Assembly (NCBI GenBank): GCA_030622435.1
Contig: JAUXGE010000001.1
Span: forward strand, 1-41,831
Length of the DNA: 41,831 nt
Reading direction: 5' to 3'
DNA from: Planctomycetota bacterium
GTDB lineage: Bacteria; Planctomycetota; Phycisphaerae; UBA1845
The notes under the pieces are model-generated. The model had not been told where the DNA came from and made no database searches. It saw only the letters and a program-made list of their open reading frames with translations. The translations under genes were made by a program, and so were the position numbers. Below, one piece after another: positions 16,940 to 23,891 of this stretch; the stretch's first letter is position 1, and the number at the start of each line of letters is the position of its first letter.

Positions 16940-17681
16940 ACCGATCTCGAATCTCCATCACCAGGCACGGCAAGAGCGTCGAAAAATGCAACTACCATTC
17001 GATCCTCCAGCCTGCCCCAATAAAAACACCTTAACACGCGTTGTTTGCAAACGGTTATCACGGACGGACTCGGTGCAGGCCGGGCTCATAATAATAGGCC
17101 CAAGCCGGCATCTTGGCAGGACTTCCATGCCGAGGTGCCCCTCCGTAGCGTGCGGTCCCCCGTGAGATGATATATCGGGTTCTCCCTCACGCCTCATCCC
17201 CAAAAAAAGCAAGCTCTGTCGTCCGATACTCGTTGGCCGGAGGCCATGTTTCGCCGGATGCGCGTCCGTTCCTGACGGTCGCTGTTATGATTGATAGCGC
17301 AGCATATTATTAGGATCACTTTTATAGGCCCCCGGGCGCGGGCATCACGGTGACCCACGCGCAAGACAAATGAGATTGCAGCAATAAGACCTGGTGTTAT
17401 CCGGGCCTGGATAGTAACGGCTAGCTTTGTACGGTCAGCGTTCAAGCAATGTCACCGCACCGAGCACTGGTCCAATATTCCCGCTCGGCCCCTGGGGCGA
17501 AGGGGGATAAGTGAGGTTCGATCCTGTGCATGTCTTCTGCAACCTGGGCGCGTGGTGGTCCATCACGTTTCAGAGCAAGCTCTATTTCCCTGCAGCGGTC
17601 GGAATTCTCTTTTGATCAGCGATTGAGCAGACTCCGGTGCGACACGAAATCCGAGGATGCTCCAGAGCAAGCTCTATCCAA

Positions 17682-17737
17682 GTGTAGCGTCCGATTGCGA
17701 GTTTGACCCATCAGCAAATCGGTTTCCGACGCTACAC
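17682..17737 (-). other. long interrupted hairpin (GTGTAGCGTC...GACGCTACAC, with inner CCGATT/AATCGG)
   Basis: The 10-bp outer arms at 17682-17691 and 17728-17737 are perfect complements, and a 6-bp inner pair also forms. It lies about 70 nt downstream of the dockerin-remnant stop, so it may be a relic terminator. Confidence 0.35.
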
Positions 17738-17809
17738 GTGCATTGAGTGCTCAATAGTGCCAGAGTGTGGCATCAGATAATCACCTCCAGGCGCGGGGTG
17801 ATCAGGGTT

Positions 17810-18022
17810 TCAATCACCTGCGAGCGTTCGCTGGAAGCCGGCGAAGTCTTTGAGGTCGATGTCGCCTGTAACGCTCGCGTCGAAGTCGAAGGCTTCGCAG
17901 CCTGCGTCGAACGGGCCGTTATCGGGGCCCGCGGGATCGCGGTACTGCACGATACCAGCAGCACCTGTCCGTGCCCCTTGACGTTGCAGCGTGACGTAAA
18001 GGCAGGTAGCCGGGGTGGAGAT
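17810..18022 (-). pseudogene. remnant of a dockerin-type C-terminal domain (70 open codons, no start)
   Basis: The minus frame ending at TGA 17810-17812 reads ...GIVQYRDPAGPDNGPFDAGCEAFDFDASVTGDIDLKDFAGFQRTLAGD*. This resembles CDLDKDGDADMTDLRTFQESFTGE* at the end of the 1306-aa protein. The frame is closed upstream by TAG at 18023-18025. The ORF-track entry 17773-18285 is in a different frame. Confidence 0.45.
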
Positions 18023-18092
18023 CTACCAGCTCCCTCGGCTACGAAGCAGGCAGGCCACCCGGGCCTTTGGTTTTGGCGGGAAATGGTTGTTG

Positions 18093-18232
18093 CAGTCACA
18101 CTTTCAGATGGCTTCGTTTGGTATCCTTTTTTCATCGTATCCAGTCCCTCAAGGTGGAAGGGATATGTTGGGATCGGTTGCGGCGTTTTGTTGGAGATGA
18201 CACTGGGCATTGTGGAAGTCCTTTGTTGAGAG
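18093..18232. repeat. intergenic repeat, copy 1 (core plus tail)
   Basis: The core is CAGTCACACTTTCAGATGGCTTCGTTTGGTATCCTTTTTTCATCG. The tail TTGGAGATGACACTGGGCATTGTGGAAGTCCTTTGTTGAGAGG matches the tail of copy 3. Confidence 0.7.
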
Positions 18233-18294
18233 GAAGTTGCGCGCTGTGCGATCCTTCCCTTCGGGATAGGCGAAGGACCTACCAATCGAGCTTA

Positions 18295-18345
18295 CAGTCA
18301 AACTTTCAGATGGCTTCGTTTCGTATCTTTGTTTCATTGTGGTTG
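18295..18345. repeat. intergenic repeat, copy 2 (core only)
   Basis: CAGTCAAACTTTCAGATGGCTTCGTTTCGTATCTTTGTTTCATTGTGG. It shares TCCGTCGAG after the core with copy 3. Confidence 0.7.
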
Positions 18346-18493
18346 GTCCGTCGAGTCGAACGTCGGGGCTGCTGACCACCGCTGTAAACATCTTTGGAAA
18401 GGGGGTATCTCCTTGACTCCACCAGCTGCAGGCACGCCTCCCGATACGAACGTCAGACGCAATGATCCCATTCCCGGCTGGGCATTTGTTATC

Positions 18494-18571
18494 CGCAGAT
18501 TGCGCAGATGACACAGATTGTGCTGCTCGAGTCGCCTTGCTGCTGCGTTTCTGCGCAATCTGCGCAATCTG
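18494..18571. repeat. palindromic array of the 9-mer CAGATTG(C/T)G: two forward, two tandem reverse
   Basis: Forward copies lie at 18496-18504 and 18514-18522. Reverse copies (cgcaatctg) lie at 18554-18562 and 18563-18571. 18494-18508 is perfectly complementary to 18550-18564 (15 bp), and an alternative register shifted by 9 nt also pairs. Confidence 0.7.
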
Positions 18572-18665
18572 TGGATTCTCTCTCGGGACGTTGGACGAGT
18601 ACTGGAGCAAAGCAGATAGCCCCTTAAGCATGATGTCCCCCGATTTCGATGGGGGCGGGTCGTTC

Positions 18666-18839
18666 CAGTCAGACTTTCAGATGGGTTCGTTTCGTATATT
18701 CATTTTTCATTGTGGCTCGTCCGTCGAGGTCGGGAGGGGGCGTTGGGGCGGATTTGGCGCGGCCTTGGGGTGGCGGCAGTTGGCATCGCATTGGATTTTT
18801 GAGACGACTTTGGGCATGGTTGAAGTTCCTTTGCTATGG
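18666..18839. repeat. intergenic repeat, copy 3 (core plus tail)
   Basis: The core is CAGTCAGACTTTCAGATGGGTTCGTTTCGTATATTCATTTTTCATTGTGG. The tail is TTTGAGACGACTTTGGGCATGGTTGAAGTTCCTTTGCTATGG. Confidence 0.7.
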
Positions 18840-19804
18840 TGGGGCGTTTTCCCCCACCCATTCCGGCGATGTGACGAGAAGGCCTTCCGCTTCGTTTGGG
18901 CGCCGGAATGAATGGGGCACCAGCGGTGCGCGCGGCGTCGGGCTCTACAGTAATAACTTCACGGGCGCTCGCTCTGGAAGGTGTGTTTGAGCGATCAGGA
19001 GGAATGGTGAATGCGGAAGGCGGAGGGATGAAGGAAGAAGGAAGGGGAATTACGAAAGGGTTTTTGATGCGAGGGGCGGCTCGAGTACGGCAGGCAACGG
19101 GTGGTTGGTTCGCATGCCCACCAGCGGAGGCAATTATCTCATGAAAGAGGGCGACCCGGCTGATGTGCTGCCCAAGAGCGGCGGCAGTAGAACGATTGGG
19201 AAACGGATTCGACTCCCCCGCCGTTGAAGCGGGCTGGCCACCGGTCGCTAAAGCAAGTCGGCGCTTCGCCCGGGCATGCCACCTGACGACATGGGACCCG
19301 CTGTCCGGCTTTGCCAGTGTGCCCCCCGCCCGCCCGCGCGAGGGCTACACAGGTAATCTAACCCTCTCTCCCCGCGTCGCGCCCCAACACCCAATTTCGC
19401 GGGAATTCGTACGTGGTTGGCACGTGGTCACTGATTTTCGCATCTCCAGCGATTTTGGCCCCCCGCCCTACCCGGCTCCCAGCGTACCTGGAAGCTGGTC
19501 TGGGCGCTGATCCTTCCCATCGAGCGAAATGAAGCCCTCGCGCGCGCGCAAGGTCCGATATTCCGTCTATCCTCCGGCTCCGCATATCTTCCAGAGGGTA
19601 TCACGCACCAAACCGGGGGGCTTGGCTCGGTTTTGGGCCTTCTACGGGGGGCCGTTGGCTTCCTCAACCGCCACTCTCACGCACGTATACGCACGTTGGC
19701 CCGTGCGCCCCTTAACGTCGGGTGCTGCAGCCCACGCTTCGGCTACTCCAACGAAGCTGCATTTGAGGCGACAGCTCGGCGGATTGGCATTCGGAAGAGG
19801 CGCA

Positions 19805-20071
19805 TCAGGGGTAGACGTAGTTGATGATGGCGACGACGCACCTCATGCAATCTTCCTGGAGGTAGAGCGGTTCTTCGCCACAGCCCTCGTAAGCTATTCC
19901 TAGAGCGTCAAGCTTGGAAACCCCCGCGTCTCTTGCGGCATCGAACACCGTAATGCCCTCGACCAGATTGTCGCCCTCCGAGTACCCGGCGCATGCGCTA
20001 GTCACGTTGTTCCCCAGGGCCCCGCACCCCGCTATAAGCAATAACCCGACCAGAACCATCAGTAGTTTCAT
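19805..20071 (-). CDS. small lipoprotein (88 aa)
   Basis: MKLLMVLVGLLLIAGCGALG carries a lipobox (LIAGC). AGGAGAA lies 6 nt upstream of the ATG at 20071. The longer ORF-track start at 20176 reads through the conserved leader and is unlikely. Confidence 0.7.
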   Translation of the reverse strand: MKLLMVLVGLLLIAGCGALGNNVTSACAGYSEGDNLVEGITVFDAARDAGVSKLDALGIAYEGCGEEPLYLQEDCMRCVVAIINYVYP

Positions 20072-20143
20072 CTCGATTCTCCTTCGCTTTCTTTCTGACT
20101 TGTCCTGACGTATCACTTGCATCTGTCCCGATGGTCCAACGTG
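20072..20143 (-). promoter_or_regulatory. conserved 72-nt 5' leader/promoter element, copy 1 (twin at 21643-21714)
   Basis: The minus strand reads CACGTTGGACCATCGGGACAGATGCAAGTGATACGTCAGGACAAGTCAGAAAGAAAGCGAAGGAGAATCGAG-ATG. It differs from the sequence upstream of the 324-aa lipoprotein gene at only a handful of positions. Confidence 0.5.
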
Positions 20144-20179
20144 CCCACGTAGGCCGACTCTCTGCCCATCAGGCACGCA

Positions 20180-20650
20180 TCAGCCGTGATACCACCACCC
20201 GCCGACGCGGCCAATGATGAAGAGCAAACCACTGAACCCAGCAAGAAATATGTACTGCTCGGAACCATCAGCATCGAACCCGCCGCTGGTCATGCAGGCA
20301 CCAACGCTTATCATCAGGCCGATTGCCCCGACCAGTTGACAGGCTTTCCAGCTCTTTCCTGTTCGTTCTATAGTCTGGACTTGCCGCATGGCGGGGACGT
20401 AGGTAACTGGACGGGGCTGATTGTATTCCGTCTGCTGGTGGGTGGCGACCGCCAGCGCCTGGAGGGGCGGAGTTGCCGGCCGAGCCGTCACAACTGGTAG
20501 TGCGTCGGCTACGGCGGGCTCCACCGACTCAACGACCACACCCATATCGTTCACGGTCAATTCGGCCTGCGCAGGCGTAACGGCCTCCAGAATCACTTCG
20601 ACTTCTTCACCTGTTGCCCGCAACGCTCCCTTGGCCAGATACTTAGGCAT
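20180..20650 (-). CDS. hypothetical membrane protein (156 aa; soluble N-domain, two C-terminal TM helices)
   Basis: ORF from the track. It starts 17 nt downstream of the preceding lipoprotein gene, with a GAAAGGG SD. The hydrophobic segments are LVGAIGLMISVGACM and IFLAGFSGLLFIIGRVGGWW. Confidence 0.65.
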   Translation of the reverse strand: MPKYLAKGALRATGEEVEVILEAVTPAQAELTVNDMGVVVESVEPAVADALPVVTARPATPPLQALAVATHQQTEYNQPRPVTYVPAMRQVQTIERTGKSWKACQLVGAIGLMISVGACMTSGGFDADGSEQYIFLAGFSGLLFIIGRVGGWWYHG

Positions 20651-20667
20651 GACCCGCGCCCTTTCCG

Positions 20668-21642
20668 TCAGTCACGGCTAAGAACGCCCGTCGAGTCCCA
20701 GTAGTTGCGTGCGTACTGGTCGATCTGGATGTTGTTCGCGTCGATTACGACACCGTCAAGCGTAACTGCGGACTGGGAGCCATAGAGTTTGACCTCCAAA
20801 AACCTTAACGAGAAAATATCACCGTCCAGAGTGACCGTCCCCTCTCTCCCGAGGTCGTTCTCCCCCGAACAGCTCCATGAGTATCCGATTACCGTTCCAT
20901 GGTCGAACAGGTAGCAGTCTACGCCGCCATACTCGTACCAGAACGTCCAAGCGCCATCGATTTCAGCTACGGTCAGTAGGCGTTCGGGCTCGGGTTCAGG
21001 CTCGGGTTCAGGCTCGGGTTCAGGCTCGGGTTCAGGCTCGGGTTCGGGCTCGGGTTCAGGCTCGGGCTCGGGTTCGGGTTCTGGTGTCGGTGCGGCTTCA
21101 CTGAAGAAAACTCCGACTTCTTCTGAACTATACGACCCGGAGTATCCGGTGTCCGGATCCGTAGCAAGGAGGTCCAACTTGCCGAGATAATCCAGTGCAT
21201 TCGGGGGTGAATACTCATAGGTCCATGAGCCCTCTCCGCTCATGACCAAGTCCTCGTACGTAATTGTCGCCCTGAATGTGATGTGCAGGCGATTGCCTGA
21301 AACCGTGACTGATTCGATAGTCATCGAGACGTCCCAGACAGACAGCTCGCTCTCAATTACAAGACCCTCGCGCGGTGCTTCGCCACCGGGCTGTATCAGG
21401 GGCAGTCCGTTGACATCGACAACTTCCGTTCGCAGCTCCGTCTCTGTCTCCTCATCGTCGATTAGACCACCCGAGCGACCAATGCTGTGCACCACGACCT
21501 CACCGACATAAATGCCTTCGGGGATGGGCGTTTGAACAAGACGCCCCAATTGGGACTCTGCATCTTCACCAACGGGCGCCGTTACCGCACCGCACCCCGC
21601 AAGCAGCAGCCCCCCGACCAGCGACAAGCTCAACAGTTTCAT
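20668..21642 (-). CDS. lipoprotein with an internal (Pro-Glu)17 linker (324 aa)
   Basis: [20 protein letters not shown] carries a lipobox. AGGAGAA lies upstream of the ATG at 21642. The ORF-track start at 21693 lies inside the conserved leader. Confidence 0.8.
   Translation of the reverse strand: MKLLSLSLVGGLLLAGCGAVTAPVGEDAESQLGRLVQTPIPEGIYVGEVVVHSIGRSGGLIDDEETETELRTEVVDVNGLPLIQPGGEAPREGLVIESELSVWDVSMTIESVTVSGNRLHITFRATITYEDLVMSGEGSWTYEYSPPNALDYLGKLDLLATDPDTGYSGSYSSEEVGVFFSEAAPTPEPEPEPEPEPEPEPEPEPEPEPEPEPEPEPEPERLLTVAEIDGAWTFWYEYGGVDCYLFDHGTVIGYSWSCSGENDLGREGTVTLDGDIFSLRFLEVKLYGSQSAVTLDGVVIDANNIQIDQYARNYWDSTGVLSRD
20983..21084. repeat. hexanucleotide/12-mer microsatellite (ggctcgggttca)n encoding (PE)17
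   Basis: The tandem repeat is directly visible in the sequence. The protein reads [38 protein letters not shown]. Confidence 0.9.
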
Positions 21643-21714
21643 CTCGCTTCTCCTACGCTCTCTTCCTGACTTGTGTTGACGTATCACTTGCATCTGTCCC
21701 GATGGTCCAACGTG
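21643..21714 (-). promoter_or_regulatory. conserved 72-nt 5' leader/promoter element, copy 2
   Basis: See 20072-20143. A run of about 40 nt (gacgtatcacttgcatctgtcccgatggtccaacgtg on the plus strand) is identical in both copies. Confidence 0.5.
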
Positions 21715-22361
21715 TGCAAGTTTCGACCAAAGAACGGTTCAACTAGTGTAACACAAGCGGGCGGATAAACCAAGGTCGAATCGTGCATGGTGCCGGACGG
21801 GAGCTATCTTCGGGAGTCCCGGTTCGGACGGGGTAGGGGCGTGGTTCGGATTCTGAGGGCCGTTGGGGCTCCGGGGCGGACCGTTACCCTCAAGTGGGCT
21901 ACTTTTCCGCCGCCCCTCGCGCGCGCGCCTATAAAGAGCGGGCGGGACGGCTTAGGTGACGGGTCTTATTCCGTCGGAGCAGACTCAGGCGGACAGCTTG
22001 TCACACCGACTGTAGAATCCAGCGGGGGCGGCCGGTTGGTCGGGGCCATTCGCAGAGGAAGGGCACACCCGACCGCCCAGAGCGGATTCTACGGCGCGGG
22101 GCGGCGGTAGGGAGACGATGGGCGGGCGGCTCTTTTGCCGCTCGCCGCCCGGACCGCTTGTCACATCGACTATTCTCATGTCCCGCGAGAGAGGGGGCGT
22201 TGTGGGTTATTTTAGTGCCACTGCGACCGATTCAGCCAGTGCGGAAATATGTGGCGATAGCGGACGGAATATCGGTGGCGGCAATAATCCAGGGTAAGCC
22301 AGGGCTTACAGGAGCAACAAGAAGGCGTCCAGAAAAAGAAGGATGGAGAACATCGAGAGCG

Positions 22362-23108
22362 ATGGTTACTATTATACGAAAGGTACGCCAAATACTTGGA
22401 ATGAATGCTGTGATGTCCGCCATGCCTCAGAATGTTCCGGTCGTTGGCAACGGAATCTACAGCTATCTTGAATGCGCCCGCTTCCTAGGAATTGCACCTC
22501 GCCGACTCCGCGCTTGGTATCGTGGGTGGCCTGACCGACCCGCAGCATTCCTGCAATCTGATTATGCAGGGATGTTCGACGGGGAGGCAATCAGCTTCCT
22601 GGACTTCGTCGATGCTGCCGTATCGGTAACCCTGAGAGTGAAGTATCGCGTGAAGCCATCTCTAATACGTCGAGCGCGGAAGAATCTCGCAAAAGAGTGG
22701 GAAACCAAACACCCGTTTGCGAGAAAGGATTTCTATGCAGGATTGGACGGACAGCGATTCTACTGGTTCGAAGAAAGGGAAGACGAACATGGACCTTGGC
22801 TTGTTGACGCGGTTAATCGACAACATGCTATGCCGGAGATCATGCTTCCGTTCTTGAGTCGCGTTGAATACAACCAGGTCACCGGCATGGCACAAGTCTT
22901 TCCATTGTTAGGTCGCGTCGTTTTAGACCCGCGAAGAAAATACGGCAAGCCGACCGTTCAAGGAACAGGTATGACTACGGGCATTCTACATGATTGCTAT
23001 CGGGCAACGGGATCGGTGGAGGAAGTCGCCGATTGGTACAATGTGACCACGGAGGACGTCGAAGAAGCGATATGCTTTGAAGAAGACTTCTCCGGAATCG
23101 CGGCATGA
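22362..23108 (+). CDS. DUF433-type antitoxin-like protein with an N-terminal HTH-like extension (VapB45-like architecture)
   Basis: The C-terminus DPRRKYGKPTVQGTGMTTGILHDCYRATGSVEEVADWYNVTTEDVEEAICFEE matches the DUF433 pattern. The start is uncertain: candidates are 22362 (GGAGAA upstream), 22401, or the ORF-track start 22158. Confidence 0.75.
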   Translation: MVTIIRKVRQILGMNAVMSAMPQNVPVVGNGIYSYLECARFLGIAPRRLRAWYRGWPDRPAAFLQSDYAGMFDGEAISFLDFVDAAVSVTLRVKYRVKPSLIRRARKNLAKEWETKHPFARKDFYAGLDGQRFYWFEEREDEHGPWLVDAVNRQHAMPEIMLPFLSRVEYNQVTGMAQVFPLLGRVVLDPRRKYGKPTVQGTGMTTGILHDCYRATGSVEEVADWYNVTTEDVEEAICFEEDFSGIAA

Positions 23109-23545
23109 AGTTTTTTTTCGACCGCAACACTTCTGTCCACATTGCACGAATTCTCAGCCACTTAGATCGAAAGAACAACATCGTACACCAGGATGAGGAT
23201 GGTCGTTTTGCAGAGGATGAAGAAGACGTCAACATCATCGACGCGCTTGCCGCAGAGGACCCAAAGCCAGTCTGGATTACAGCAGATCTCGGCCAAATGA
23301 GAAAACCTATAGAACGTGCGGCACTGCGCGACAGCCAGATGACGCTCTTCTTTCGAAAACGAAATAACTTCACACCACACATGCAAGCGATGAAAATGAT
23401 GGCAATTTGGTCAACGGTTGTTGACCTCGCTCAAAACGTGCGTGCGCCAACAGCCTTTGTAATTCCCGGCGGCAGTATTGGAGCGAAGCTGAACAGCAAG
23501 ATCGACCGCCTGGGGAACACAGCCGATCTATTCAGGGACGCCTAG
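23105..23545 (+). CDS. PIN-like (DUF5615/Mut7-C-like) putative toxin, 146 aa
   Basis: MKFFFDRNTSVHIARIL...EDVNIIDALAAEDPKPVWITADLG follows the MKFLxDEN...D(K/E)DF layout of PIN-like partners of DUF433 proteins. The ATGA start/stop overlap with the upstream gene is a typical TA arrangement. Confidence 0.7.
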   Translation: MKFFFDRNTSVHIARILSHLDRKNNIVHQDEDGRFAEDEEDVNIIDALAAEDPKPVWITADLGQMRKPIERAALRDSQMTLFFRKRNNFTPHMQAMKMMAIWSTVVDLAQNVRAPTAFVIPGGSIGAKLNSKIDRLGNTADLFRDA

Positions 23546-23774
23546 TCCTCTTTTGCCTTTGCTACCGACGAACTCTGGTGGGGGGGTACATATACGGGAA
23601 CCCGGTGATGCGGCTTGGGGGTCATTGGCCGTTTGAAGGCCGTTGGACCCTCCGGATTCCGGGTATCTCGGCCGGTTGCAGGTCGCGCCTCTGGCGCCGG
23701 TTTCCTGCCGAAAAACGCCCACTCACACCGCGTCTGACGAGCCTTCTCTTGTTCTGCGGGCACGTAAACCCGCC

Positions 23775-23862
23775 GGCCAGGGCAGTTTCGGGTTTCCTGC
23801 AGCGGCTGTGCTACATGACGGCCGCATGACGGCCGGCGAGACGCCGGCCGCTACCAAGAGGG
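23775..23862. repeat. dispersed repeat family, diverged copy C (9-bp GC hairpin 23830-23850)
   Basis: gctgtgctacatgacggccgcatgaCGGCCGGCGagaCGCCGGCCGctacc parallels gctgtggcacacgtCGGCCGGCGgggaCGCCGGCCGctacg at 9445-9484. It sits about 40 nt downstream of the sortilin-like gene stop, so it could double as its terminator. Confidence 0.45.
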
Positions 23863-23891
23863 CGGACCATCAGCGCAAGCGTGACAGTGCA

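Noticed and set aside
17505-17535. tRNA-like 3' fragment (GAGGTTCGATCCTGT) as a possible att site
   Set aside because: The flanks of the TTCGATC loop are not complementary, so there is no T-stem. The fragment does not match the 3' ends of either tRNA in the window.
18093-18140. Hammerhead-like ribozyme signature (CGAAAC ... CUGA on the minus strand of the repeat core)
   Set aside because: Only 9 nt separate the GAAA and CUGA elements, which leaves no room for the two stems required in a permuted hammerhead. The CUGAUGA box is not matched (CUGAAAG).
17390-18580. Replication-origin idea (iteron-like repeats plus DnaA-box-like TTATCCGCA at 18488-18496 and GAATCCACA at 18570-18578, minus strand)
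   Set aside because: No perfect DnaA boxes are present. There is no cluster of boxes, no adjacent dnaA/dnaN and no pronounced AT-rich unwinding element. The matches are at the level expected by chance.
18093-18839. Possible CRISPR array or small-protein gene family formed by the three repeats
   Set aside because: A CRISPR array is unlikely because there are only three copies, the spacing is irregular (202 and 371 nt), the repeat length and tails are variable, and no cas genes are present. A small-protein family is unlikely because a 2-nt indel inside the conserved core breaks the frame between copies.
19163-19903. Plus-strand ORFs 19163-19510 and 19529-19903, and the similar 21787-22110, 18896-19144 and 23643-24194
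   Set aside because: Their translations are Arg/Gly/Pro/Ala-rich. They overlap minus-strand ORFs of similar quality or real genes, and they have no start signals. I treat them as non-coding.
20072-20176. N-terminal extensions in the ORF track (20176, 21693, 27278, 27989, 31902, 22158 starts)
   Set aside because: In each case an internal ATG is preceded by a good SD and immediately yields a signal peptide or lipobox. The extensions at 20176 and 21693 merely translate the duplicated non-coding leader (QMQVIRQxKSxRxRRRxE).
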